From the NCBI GenBank assembly GCA_031379235.1, contig JANNEY010000083.1, forward strand, positions 19,693 through 83,692: a stretch of 64,000 nucleotides of DNA, read 5' to 3'. A model generated the notes under the pieces. It was not told where the DNA came from. It made no database searches and saw only the letters and a program-made list of their open reading frames with translations. The translations under genes were made by a program, and so were the position numbers. This stretch comes from Opitutaceae bacterium (GTDB taxonomy: Bacteria; Verrucomicrobiota; Verrucomicrobiia; Opitutales; Opitutaceae). Within the stretch, counting starts at the first letter, position 1. Every line of letters begins with the position of its first letter. This document shows positions 28,319-37,282 of this stretch, in pieces.

Positions 28319-28879
28319 ATGCCGTCGGCGCTCCTCGCTCTTAGCCTCACGGTGGTGATCACATCCGCCCTTTCCGCGCAGTCGGAGGAACGGCCGGCGA
28401 TTTTCGCGCCGCGCCCGATCGCGCCGGAAACGACCGGGCCCGGGGCGGCGGCGCCGGAGCGGCCCGTCGCGCGCGCAGCGACGTCGGATCGCATGCGCCT
28501 CCTCCTGACCGAACGGGTGCTCGCCGCGGCGAAGGCATTCGATGCTCCGCAACCGGCGGCCGGTTCCGAGACGGCGGCTCAGCCGCCGACCACCGCAGGC
28601 CCCGACGGCGCCGTTTTGATGCGCCAATTCTTCGTGCGGGCGCTACCGCTCCGCCGGGACCAAGTCGAGCCGCGCGCGGTTCCGTTGTTCGACTTCGCGC
28701 CGGCCGCACGCGCGGACCGTCGCGCACAGGGTTACTCGGCCACGCTGCTCCGCCTCTTCGAGGGCAATGCCTTCATCAATTTCAACGTCGTGAAGGGAGC
28801 CGGACAGGGCGCGGACAGCCGCCGGGAATTCACCCGGTTCGAGCTCGAATTCTCCCTCAAGCCCGGTGGCCGGAGGTAA
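28319..28879 (+). CDS. Hypothetical exported protein
   Basis: Signal peptide, Pro/Ala-rich linker, host-like codon usage. Confidence 0.55.
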   Translation: MPSALLALSLTVVITSALSAQSEERPAIFAPRPIAPETTGPGAAAPERPVARAATSDRMRLLLTERVLAAAKAFDAPQPAAGSETAAQPPTTAGPDGAVLMRQFFVRALPLRRDQVEPRAVPLFDFAPAARADRRAQGYSATLLRLFEGNAFINFNVVKGAGQGADSRREFTRFELEFSLKPGGRR

Positions 28880-28969
28880 TGGCGCGGGCGGAGTCGAAAG
28901 GGTCAGGTCGGACTCCGGTGGCGGTAGCGTTTGCCTTGTCACCGCGAGCCCCGCAAAGCCGGGCCAGTA

Positions 28970-29488
28970 TCACGGCGTCACAATCCGCTCGCGCAGCGTC
29001 GCGACCAAGTCACCGAGGCCGCGGAGGCCGGCGAAAAAATTCAGCGCGCGCGGGCGTTGCTTCGTCGCGGGATCCGCGCGCAGGCGCACGGTGACGGAGA
29101 GGCCGAGCACCGCCACCGACTCGATCTGTGCAAGCGCGATCGTGCGCTCGCCGATCAGGGTCCGTGACGTGAGCTGGTGCTCGTCGATCGTGACCGAGGC
29201 CAGGCGCAGAATCAGCGCGGCTCCGACGCAGAGCGCCGCGGCGCCGGCGGAACACCAGGCGGCGGTGATTTTGTCGGCGGGCGCGGCCGTCGTCGTCGCC
29301 AACGCGAAAATCGCGACGAGCAGCCCGCCGCCCAGCGCACAAAAAACATACCAAGCCGGGTGCGCCCGATAAACCCGCCGGCCCGTCACCGCCACGCCGG
29401 GACGCGGCGAGCGCAGACAGAGCCCCAGCATGCCCGCAATCACGAGCCCCGACAGCAGATGAACCAACACGTGCTGGATGACGTTCAC
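28970..29488 (-). CDS. Hypothetical membrane protein (three TM helices plus soluble beta-rich tail)
   Basis: Hydrophobic segments followed by VTIDEHQLTSRTLIGERTIALAQI (PH-like). Confidence 0.6.
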   Translation of the reverse strand: MNVIQHVLVHLLSGLVIAGMLGLCLRSPRPGVAVTGRRVYRAHPAWYVFCALGGGLLVAIFALATTTAAPADKITAAWCSAGAAALCVGAALILRLASVTIDEHQLTSRTLIGERTIALAQIESVAVLGLSVTVRLRADPATKQRPRALNFFAGLRGLGDLVATLRERIVTP

Positions 29489-29637
29489 GGTGCGTTTTCC
29501 TTCAAGCTCACCCGCCGCAGCACCGGCGGCACCACCTCGTCCGTTGAACCAAAATAAAGGGGCGCCCCAATTTCATCCGCGGTGCTTGTGCCGGCCACCG
29601 CCACCGCGAGCCACAACCACCAAAATAGCGTGCGCAT
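29485..29637 (-). CDS. 50-aa small protein with signal peptide, not in the ORF track
   Basis: MRTLFWWLWLAVAVAGTSTADEIG...KENAP*, preceded by AGAGGAGGG. Its stop overlaps the GTG of 28970..29488 (GTGA). Confidence 0.45.
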   Translation of the reverse strand: MRTLFWWLWLAVAVAGTSTADEIGAPLYFGSTDEVVPPVLRRVSLKENAP

Positions 29638-29718
29638 GATCCCTCCTCTAATCCCGAGCGCGCCGCGTTGCCAAGACCGGTTTTGCCTGCGCCGCAGGCT
29701 TGAACTCACCTCCGCCTC

Positions 29719-30969
29719 GTGTGTGCTCCGCGCGTGCTGACCACTCTCCGCCGCGCGGAATATGCGGAACTCATCGGGCTGTTTTTGCTGCAAGGGGCGG
29801 CGCTGAGCATGTGGTTTGTGCCGTTGAGTTCGGTATTGGAGGCGCACGGGCTGGCCCACATCCGGCCGTGGGCATTTGCGACGTCGGGCGTGGCGGCGTT
29901 TGTCTCGCCGCTGTTGTTCGGGGCCATGGCGGATCGGCATGCGTCGCCGGTAAAGGTGTTGCGCTGGCTCGCGCTCGCGACGGCCATCGCGATGGCCTTG
30001 GCGAGCACGGCGATTCGCGCCGGAGCGAGTCCGTGGGTGACGCTCGCGTTGATTCAGCTGCACGCATTCTGCTCGTCGCCCACGTGGAGCATTGCGTCGA
30101 CGATCGTCTTTGCGCGGCTGGCCGACGCGAAGAAGGAGTTCGGCCCGATCCGCGCGATGGCGACCATCGGGTGGATGGGCGGCTGCCTGCTGGTGAGCGC
30201 GGTCGGCGCCGATCAATCCACCCTCTCGGGCTACGGCGGGGCGGTGATGTGGCTGGTCGTCTGCGCCATGACGTTTTGGCTGCCGGCCCTGGAAACGCCC
30301 AAGGCCGTCGCGGGCCTCACCTGGACCCAGCGGTTCGGCCTCGACGCCCTCACCCTGCTGCGCAATCCCGACCACCGGGTCGTGTTTGTGACGACAGCGC
30401 TCTTCACCATTCCGCTCGCGGGATTTTATCCGTATACGCCGCCGCACCTGCGGGAGCTGGGGCTCGTGCACACGACGGCGTGGATGAGTCTTGGCCAAAT
30501 CACCGAGATTATTGCGATGCTGGCGCTCGGTTCGCTGCTGCTGCGGTGGCGCTTGAAGTGGATCATCGCCGCCGGGCTCGTGTTTGGCGTCGTGCGCTAT
30601 GTGCTCTGCGCGACCGGGACGCCGTGGGGGCTGCTCACCGGCGTGCTCGTGCACGGTGCGTCGTTCACGCTCGTGCTCATCACCGCGCAAATCTACCTCG
30701 ACCAACGCGTCGATCCCGCCTGGCGCGCGCGGGCGCAGGCCTTGATGGCGCTGACGAACAGCGGCGCCGGCAACATGATCGGCTATCTGGGCACGGGCGC
30801 GTGGTTCGCCGCGTGCGCGAGGGATGGGGCGACGCGGTGGCCGTTGTTTTGGAGCGGGCTCGCGGTCGCGTCGGCGGCGGTGCTGATTTTTTTCCTCGCG
30901 ACGTATCGCGGCCGGGGCGCGGGCCTGCTCCAGCACGAGGGCGCGGGCGCGCCGGCCGCGGCGAAGTGA
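29719..30969 (+). CDS. MFS transporter (nucleoside:H+ symporter, NupG/XapB-like)
   Basis: About 12 TM segments, GAMADRH, FGPIRAMATIGW, SLGQITEI. Confidence 0.85.
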   Translation: MCAPRVLTTLRRAEYAELIGLFLLQGAALSMWFVPLSSVLEAHGLAHIRPWAFATSGVAAFVSPLLFGAMADRHASPVKVLRWLALATAIAMALASTAIRAGASPWVTLALIQLHAFCSSPTWSIASTIVFARLADAKKEFGPIRAMATIGWMGGCLLVSAVGADQSTLSGYGGAVMWLVVCAMTFWLPALETPKAVAGLTWTQRFGLDALTLLRNPDHRVVFVTTALFTIPLAGFYPYTPPHLRELGLVHTTAWMSLGQITEIIAMLALGSLLLRWRLKWIIAAGLVFGVVRYVLCATGTPWGLLTGVLVHGASFTLVLITAQIYLDQRVDPAWRARAQALMALTNSGAGNMIGYLGTGAWFAACARDGATRWPLFWSGLAVASAAVLIFFLATYRGRGAGLLQHEGAGAPAAAK

Positions 30970-31047
30970 AGGCCCGGCCCAAAGCGGCGATCCGAAACGT
31001 TGCCCAAATCTTCGGTTCAGTTTTGAAAATGCCCGGAAGCAAATCCC

Positions 31048-31593
31048 GTGACCCTCACCTATCGCCTCGCCGCCCTCGCTGACATATCGGCGCTGGAGGA
31101 ATTGATTCCGCTCTCCGCCCGGAAACTTCAGACGGGCTTTTATTCCGCGGCGCAGATCGAGGGCGCCATCGGCACCGTCTTCGGCGTCGACAGCCAGCTC
31201 ATCCGCGACGGCACCTACTTTGTCGCGCTCGACGGCGAACGCGTGGTGGGCTGCGGCGGCTGGAGCAAACGCAAGACCCTCTATGGCGGCGACCGTGCGA
31301 AAACCGGCGTCGATCCGCTGCGCGATGCTGCGACCGAGCCCGCCATGATCCGCGCGTTTTTCATTCATCCCGACTATGCCCGCCGTGGCATCGGCCGGAA
31401 AATCATGGAGCTGTCCGAGTCCGCCACGCTGGCAGCCGGCTTTCGGCAAATCGACATCGTGGCCACGCTCGCCGGCGCGCCGCTCTACGCCGCGTTCGCC
31501 TATGAAACCGCGGAGCGTTTCGAGATTCCTTTGCCCAACGGCGCGGCGATGCCGGTCGTGCGCATGCGGAAGAAACCCGCGATCACCCGCTGA
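31048..31593 (+). CDS. GNAT N-acetyltransferase
   Basis: IRAFFIHPDYARRGIGRKI acetyl-CoA motif, ATLAGAPLY. Confidence 0.88.
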   Translation: MTLTYRLAALADISALEELIPLSARKLQTGFYSAAQIEGAIGTVFGVDSQLIRDGTYFVALDGERVVGCGGWSKRKTLYGGDRAKTGVDPLRDAATEPAMIRAFFIHPDYARRGIGRKIMELSESATLAAGFRQIDIVATLAGAPLYAAFAYETAERFEIPLPNGAAMPVVRMRKKPAITR

Positions 31594-31707
31594 ACGGCCA
31601 CCACGACCGGCGCGCACAAGGCAAAATGCCCGCGGTGCCGAAAACTCCCGCTCCACGATGCTTGTGTCGCGCGGCGCCACGCCTATCCCTACCTGACCAA
31701 ACGCACC

Positions 31708-32586
31708 ATGTCACCCAACGGAATCGCCAAGCTCGTCGGCATCGCCCTGATAATTTTTTGCGGCATCATTATGGCCTTCTCTGGGACCTACGTGGTGAAG
31801 CCCGGCTACCGCGGCGTGGAGGTCACGATGGGGAAAGTCTCCCCCACCTACAAACCCGAGGGCTTCGGCCTCAAGGCGCCGTTTATCACCAGCATCACGC
31901 AAATCTCCATCCGCCAGCAGACGGCCGAGGACAAGGCCGAGTGCTACTCTGCCGATCTCCAGCAGATCACCGTCGATCTCAAGGTGCTCTTTCGCGTGCC
32001 GGAGTCCTCCGTCGTGAAGCTGTTTCAGGAATACTACGGCGACCCGTTTCAGAGTCTCGTCGCGCCCCGCGTGCAGGAGGCGCTGAAGGAGGTCGCAGCC
32101 TTGCAGAGTGCCGAGCAAATCGTGAAGAACCGCGAGACGATCAAAACGCGCTCGCTCGAGATCGCCCGACGTAAGCTTGGCACCCTGCTCGTCATCGAAG
32201 ACATCGTGATCCAAAACATCGCGCTCACCAAGGAGCTCGAGCACGCCATTGAGGCCAAGATGGTGCAGGAGCAGGAGGCCTCGAAATCCAAATACCTCCA
32301 GCAACGCGTGCAGATCGAGGCCGACACCGCCGTCATCCGCGCCAAGGGCGAGGCCGAGTCGATCATGATCCGCGGCAATGCCCTCAAGAAAAACCCCGCC
32401 TTCGTCGATCTCCAGATCGTGGACAAGTGGGACGGCATCGCGCCCGTCATCATCGGCGGCGGTGACAAGGTGATGATGTCCCTCGCCGACATCGAACGTC
32501 TCCGCAGCCAAAAGGCGTCGGCCAGCCCAACTTCCGCTCCCGCTCAACCGCAACCCACCAAGGCTGCCGCCCCGGTCCGCCGCTGA
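31708..32586 (+). CDS. Prohibitin/SPFH-domain membrane protein 1
   Basis: N-terminal TM, VKPGYRGV, SADLQQITVD, EHAIEAKMVQEQ, AKGEAES. Confidence 0.88.
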   Translation: MSPNGIAKLVGIALIIFCGIIMAFSGTYVVKPGYRGVEVTMGKVSPTYKPEGFGLKAPFITSITQISIRQQTAEDKAECYSADLQQITVDLKVLFRVPESSVVKLFQEYYGDPFQSLVAPRVQEALKEVAALQSAEQIVKNRETIKTRSLEIARRKLGTLLVIEDIVIQNIALTKELEHAIEAKMVQEQEASKSKYLQQRVQIEADTAVIRAKGEAESIMIRGNALKKNPAFVDLQIVDKWDGIAPVIIGGGDKVMMSLADIERLRSQKASASPTSAPAQPQPTKAAAPVRR

Positions 32587-32593
32587 TCCGAAC

Positions 32594-33415
32594 ATGAACC
32601 CTCTCTTCCTTCCCAAACTCATCGGTGCGGCGGTGGTCTTCTTTTTGCTCCTGATCCTCGCGACCGCCACCAGCTACATTATCGAGCCCGGCACGCGGGG
32701 CCTCAAGGTGACGCTCGGCAAGACCGACGACAGTTTCCTGCCCGAGGGCTTCGGCTTCAAGGCGCCGTTCATCACCAACATCGTCGCGGTCAACATCCGC
32801 CAGCGGACCCAGCCCGTGCGCGCCGACTGTTTCTCCTCCGATCTCCAGCAGGTGAAAATCGATCTCCGCGTGCTCTACCGCGTGCCCGAGGCGGCCGTCG
32901 TGCAGATCTACCGCGAGTTCGCCGGCGATCCCTTCGACAGCTTGATCGCCCCGCGCGTGCAGGAAGCGATCAAGGAAGTGACCGCGCTCCTGACCGCCGA
33001 GCAAATCGTGAAGAGCCGCGAGGAGATCAAAAAGAACGCCCTCGCCGCCGCGTCCAAAAAAATCGGCTCGCTCCTCATCGTCGAGGACATCGTCGTGCGC
33101 GACATCAACCTCTCCAACGAGCTCGAAAAAGCGATCGAGGGGAAAATGGTCGCCGAGCAGCAGGCCAATCAAGCGCGCTTCACCCAAGTTCAGACGCAGG
33201 TGGAGGCCGAGACCGCCGTCATCAGCGCCAAGGGCGAAGCCGAAGCCATCCGCGTGCGCGGCGAAGCGCTGCGGCAGAGCCCCGCTTTTCTCCGCTGGAA
33301 AATCGTGGAGCGCTGGAACGGCCGCTCCCCGATGGTCGTCCCCTCCGGTCCGGAAAATTCCGGTGCCGCCCTGCTCCTGCCCGTCGGTCCCGTCGAAAAT
33401 CCTGCGAGCCCATGA
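32594..33415 (+). CDS. Prohibitin/SPFH-domain membrane protein 2
   Basis: IEPGTRGL, SSDLQQVKID, EKAIEGKMVAEQ, AKGEAEA; paralog of the upstream gene. Confidence 0.88.
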   Translation: MNPLFLPKLIGAAVVFFLLLILATATSYIIEPGTRGLKVTLGKTDDSFLPEGFGFKAPFITNIVAVNIRQRTQPVRADCFSSDLQQVKIDLRVLYRVPEAAVVQIYREFAGDPFDSLIAPRVQEAIKEVTALLTAEQIVKSREEIKKNALAAASKKIGSLLIVEDIVVRDINLSNELEKAIEGKMVAEQQANQARFTQVQTQVEAETAVISAKGEAEAIRVRGEALRQSPAFLRWKIVERWNGRSPMVVPSGPENSGAALLLPVGPVENPASP

Positions 33416-33612
33416 TGACTCCGCGGCGGCGCGCCGTCTACCAGTTCGCCACGCTCGTCATCGTGGCGATTTTGCTGATTGTCCTCTTCAAGCCCGTCGC
33501 CGCCGTCGCCGAGATGGCCGCCCGTGAGCTGCGTTACCTCTGGTGGCTGGTATTGATCCTGGCATTGGCCGTCTGGCTCATCTGGGGTGTCGGCCGCCGG
33601 CCGAAGAAGTAA
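33412..33612 (+). CDS. Small two-TM membrane protein coupled to the SPFH operon
   Basis: 66 aa, two hydrophobic helices, ATGA overlap with the SPFH 2 stop. Confidence 0.65.
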   Translation: MMTPRRRAVYQFATLVIVAILLIVLFKPVAAVAEMAARELRYLWWLVLILALAVWLIWGVGRRPKK

Positions 33613-33744
33613 TACCACCGGCTGTTGTTTATTAGACTTTTGTCATCGCGCGGTGCGCGCAGCGCGCCGTGGCGATCCAGCTGGATGGCTTCGTCGCTTC
33701 GCTCCTCGCCATGACAATCCAAATATTAACAGACGTTGGTATTA
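33610..33744. repeat. REP/MITE-like element, copy 3 (different outer termini)
   Basis: Same TTGTCATCGCG...ATCCAGCTGGAT...CATGACAA core, flanked by TAATACCACCGGCTGTT / AACAGACGTTGGTATTA. Begins at the TAA stop of the upstream gene. Confidence 0.8.
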
Positions 33745-33920
33745 TCGGCGCATCGCCGCGCGCGCACTTACCTGGGGAGGTCGCGCGTCGTTAGGCCCGG
33801 CGCGCATATGCGCTGGAGTCGGCGGCAGCGGCGCTGCAAGTTTTCGTCGTAACCATCGTGAATTCGCACACTGACTTTCTGGACGGCGCCGGGCTGGTCG
33901 CAGTCTTGGGTCTGCCGACC

Positions 33921-34376
33921 ATGCCGGGCGCACAATACGGCGTGGCCGCGATCGCGGTGGTGCTGGTGATGGTCTGTGTGCTCCTGCACTACGAGGTGCT
34001 GCGCGCGCTTTCGGACTGGCTCGATCGCCTGCGGCAATTGCACCGCACGCGGGTGCTCGTGCTGATTCTCGGCCTGCTGATGACCCACATCCTGGAGATT
34101 TGGGTCTACGCCATCGGCTACGGTTTGCTGGATGGGGTCGCGGGTTTTGGCCACATCGTGGCGACGACGCCGCTCGCCCCCGAGCTCGGCTGGCTGGACT
34201 ACATTTATTTCTCGTTCGTGACCTTCACCACGGTGGGCTACGGCGACCTCGTGCCGGCGGGTCCGATTCGTTTCATCGCGGCAACGGAGGCGCTCAACGG
34301 CTGGGTTTTGCTCGGATGGTCCGCGTCGTTCACCTTTCTCGAGATGCAGCGGTTCTGGCGCGGGCATAACCAATAG
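33921..34376 (+). CDS. Small potassium-channel pore protein (Ion_trans_2 family); start uncertain
   Basis: YFSFVTFTTVGYGDL selectivity filter flanked by TM helices; no RCK domain. Confidence 0.85.
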   Translation: MPGAQYGVAAIAVVLVMVCVLLHYEVLRALSDWLDRLRQLHRTRVLVLILGLLMTHILEIWVYAIGYGLLDGVAGFGHIVATTPLAPELGWLDYIYFSFVTFTTVGYGDLVPAGPIRFIAATEALNGWVLLGWSASFTFLEMQRFWRGHNQ

Positions 34377-34497
34377 CGCGGCCGGGCCCACCTTCGCGGA
34401 ACGAACAACCACGCGTGCCCCGGATCGTCCGAATGCATCTTTGCTTGGCGGGAGCGCACCGTGCCATTTTTCCGCTCAACCTCATCCGCCCGCGCCC

Positions 34498-35412
34498 ATG
34501 ATCTCCTGCCGCTTCGCTGTTGTTACGCTCGGCGCGATCCTGTTCGGCCAGACTGATCGTGGTGGTGCGCAAACTTCCCCGGCACCGCCGGCCGCCCCGG
34601 CGGTTCGCACCAACTCGTGGGACGGAGTTCGCGCCGGCACCGAGCGCACGATTGCCGGCATCACGCTGTGCTGGTGCCCGCCGGGAAAATTTCTCATGGG
34701 CAGTCCGGTGGGCGAATCCGGCCGGCGCGCCGACGAGGCGCAGGTCGAAGTGACGCTCACGCGCGGATTCTGGCTGGGGAAATTCGAGGTTACGCAATCG
34801 CAGTGGCTGCGCTTCGGCCCGATTCCCGGCGAACTCATTGCGGGGCGCGGCGATGATTTTCCCGTTTACTGGGTGAGCTACGTGGCGGCCGAGGAGTTTT
34901 GCCGCTGGCTCACACGCGAGTCCCGCGCGAGCGGCGAGCTGCCGCCCGGCTGGGAATTCCGCATACCTACCGAGGCGCAGTGGGAATACGCCTGCCGCGC
35001 GGGCACGACGACCGCGTTTGCCTTCGGCGATCAACTCACCGACCGGCAAGCCAACATCGGCCGGCCCTACCGCGGTGCGCCGCCGGGATTTCCCGATGGC
35101 TCCGCGACTGCGGTCGGGAATTATCCGCCCAACGCGTGGGGCCTGCACGACATGCACGGCAACGAATTCGAGTGGTGCCGCGACTGGTATCACGCGCGAC
35201 TCCCCGGCGGCATCGACCCTGACGTCTACGATCGCAAGGGACCGCCCAATCGCGACGGCTCGTTCTCCCGTGTGCGTCGCGGCGGCGCGTGGATGGACGG
35301 GCCGGAGTTCTGCCGCTCCGCGCTGCGCCTGCGCTACGAACCCGAGCGCAACGCCGACCACATCGGCCTCCGGGTCGCGGCGGTGCGCGTGCCCTCTCAC
35401 CGCGCCGAATAA
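34498..35412 (+). CDS. Formylglycine-generating-enzyme (SUMF1) domain protein
   Basis: GKFLMGS, FEVTQSQW, FPVYWVSY, PTEAQWEYACRAG, NAWGLHDMHGN..EW, RGGAW, IGLRV. Confidence 0.88.
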   Translation: MISCRFAVVTLGAILFGQTDRGGAQTSPAPPAAPAVRTNSWDGVRAGTERTIAGITLCWCPPGKFLMGSPVGESGRRADEAQVEVTLTRGFWLGKFEVTQSQWLRFGPIPGELIAGRGDDFPVYWVSYVAAEEFCRWLTRESRASGELPPGWEFRIPTEAQWEYACRAGTTTAFAFGDQLTDRQANIGRPYRGAPPGFPDGSATAVGNYPPNAWGLHDMHGNEFEWCRDWYHARLPGGIDPDVYDRKGPPNRDGSFSRVRRGGAWMDGPEFCRSALRLRYEPERNADHIGLRVAAVRVPSHRAE

Positions 35413-35565
35413 GCCACGCACGAATTCCACCACGGCGGGTCAGTCTGAGGTTGGAACGACGACATTACCGCCGCGCATCACTCAATTCGCCGACGGCATC
35501 GTGTCTCTCGAGCTCGTTCCCCTGCTAACAAGGTGAAGATAGTTTTGCGAGCCAAGTGACTAAAT

Positions 35566-35997
35566 TCATCCCACTCGCTGAACCAACTCCGGGCGGAAAC
35601 CATCCGGCAACTCGTGGTAGGCCAGAGCGCGGACGATTACAGTGCCGAGGCCGGCAGAAATATTTTCCGGGATAATGGCGTGCGCCTCGTTGGCGGAAAG
35701 CGCGTCTGCGACGACTGAAAGAGCAACCGGCATAGGGGTGCCATTGGCGACATAGTCGTGGCCAAGGTCCGCCAGACGTCCGACGCCGATCTCCCCGAGG
35801 CGCTCAAGCTTGCGGCCGGGCAGTTTCTGGACGGTGGCGGCGAGTTTGCGCCATTGGAGGGACAGCGGAATGATCGTCAGTCGGCTAACGGAGGTGTTGG
35901 GACCTTTGAACAGACTGGGCGACACACGACCGTTGGTTCGATCAAATTTGTCGGAGCAGACGGCCCGCACAATCTGCTCTTCTCGCGGCAAGCGCAT
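35566..35997 (-). CDS. Putative ADP-ribosyltransferase-fold toxin
   Basis: 143 aa with beta1 Arg (IVRAV), S-x-S (TSVSR) and distal NEAHAII. Last gene of a tight low-GC operon. The fold assignment is inference. Confidence 0.5.
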   Translation of the reverse strand: MRLPREEQIVRAVCSDKFDRTNGRVSPSLFKGPNTSVSRLTIIPLSLQWRKLAATVQKLPGRKLERLGEIGVGRLADLGHDYVANGTPMPVALSVVADALSANEAHAIIPENISAGLGTVIVRALAYHELPDGFRPELVQRVG

Positions 35998-36006
35998 GAC
36001 GTGCGA

Positions 36007-36507
36007 TTACACAGCGACTTGATGACAGCGTTCGGCAAGGTGAAAGAGGCCTTCCGATGTCACTTGGGCTTCCTCTCCTGAGGACTCGATAAAGTAAGTA
36101 GCGCCTTCTGGAGTTAGCGTCACGTTGATCGCCGATCCATCGCGGGCTTCCCACGAGAGTTCAAGGAGACCGTCGTCGGTGACGAAGAGGCTAGGTGGCG
36201 TGTGACTGATCACGAAACGCGCGGCTTCCAGAAATTTTCCGAAATTGTGATAGGTGCCCCAGGCGATCGCCCGGCTGTTCGGGCCGGCCCAACCGTCGGG
36301 CCAGCGGCTGAAATCATGGAACCGCTGCCAAGCCGCATCTCCCAATTTGGCGTAGACGAGGCCGGGGAGTTCGGGTGGCACGCTGCTTTCCATCCACGAA
36401 GTGACATGCGGGATGGTCCATAGTAACGCCGCCTGCGGTGCCAACCATTGGACAACCGAGCCGCGGGTTTGAGGAATTTCAGCAAGGGTGGTCATGGCGG
36501 GAATCAA
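36007..36507 (-). CDS. Hypothetical protein, putative antitoxin
   Basis: Low-structure N-terminus, then W.DGWAG...I...FL...PSLFVTDDGLLELSW. TTGA overlap with the upstream gene; alternative ATG at 36495. Confidence 0.6.
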   Translation of the reverse strand: MIPAMTTLAEIPQTRGSVVQWLAPQAALLWTIPHVTSWMESSVPPELPGLVYAKLGDAAWQRFHDFSRWPDGWAGPNSRAIAWGTYHNFGKFLEAARFVISHTPPSLFVTDDGLLELSWEARDGSAINVTLTPEGATYFIESSGEEAQVTSEGLFHLAERCHQVAV

Positions 36508-37250
36508 TACTCGGGATTAAGAGTGGCGAGGAAAGCCGGTTTTAACAGCTCGCGGAAGAACATTTCTTTTTGAACTTGATGCGCTTGGTCGAAGCGCGGG
36601 ACCGCTTGTTCCCAAAATAATTGAGGGTTCACGGTAAACCCCATGTCCACATCCAGCAGGCAACCTTGTTTGGTGCCTTGGGCTGATTCCAGCAGAGCGG
36701 GAGTGGTAACCTGAACCTGGCAGACATGATTCTGACGTTTCAAATGACTCGTAACCTGCAGCGGTTGATCGACCTCGCTCCGACCGCCGATGAGAAGGTC
36801 AACTTGCAGGCAGGTTTGCAGCGGGTGGCTGAAGAAGTCGGAGTAGCGCAGGCCGAGGCGCTCGGCCACTTTGATCAATTTCAGCGGGCGCAGTTGTCCA
36901 AGCACCCACGTCAGCATTTCGCGATAGACCGTCCAGCCGGGATATTCGCCGGAACCCATCCCGAGGAAGAAACCACGTGGGCCGACGTGGAGCGACAAAT
37001 GTTCGCCGTGCATCACAACGGTGGGGGCGTAACGCAATTCGGGCATTTTGGCACGGGCGGCGTCGGGAATCTGTGCCTGACCCAGTTCCGCCTGCTTCGG
37101 GAAACGGTCACGCACGGCGCTATAAATCAGGCCGGGCACCACGGTCGGACTCTGATCGGTCTGGAAGCGAACCTCGGTGATCGCGTTCACAATCGAGCAC
37201 GGATTGATGCGAGTCGGCAGAGGGGACAACGTGGAGGCGAACTCGGGCAT
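36504..37250 (-). CDS. TIGR04255-family protein
   Basis: IVNAITEVRF, YPGW..Y, RLGLRYSDFF and LLDVD are the characteristic blocks of this family. Confidence 0.75.
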   Translation of the reverse strand: MPEFASTLSPLPTRINPCSIVNAITEVRFQTDQSPTVVPGLIYSAVRDRFPKQAELGQAQIPDAARAKMPELRYAPTVVMHGEHLSLHVGPRGFFLGMGSGEYPGWTVYREMLTWVLGQLRPLKLIKVAERLGLRYSDFFSHPLQTCLQVDLLIGGRSEVDQPLQVTSHLKRQNHVCQVQVTTPALLESAQGTKQGCLLDVDMGFTVNPQLFWEQAVPRFDQAHQVQKEMFFRELLKPAFLATLNPEY

Positions 37251-37282
37251 GACGGGAATGGCGGATGATTAAGCGGAGGCGT

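Noticed and set aside
35430-35536. Protein-like fragment ITQFADGIVSLELVPLL at the left edge of the low-GC patch
   Set aside because: Could be gene debris marking the island junction, but I cannot assign it to any family without a search.
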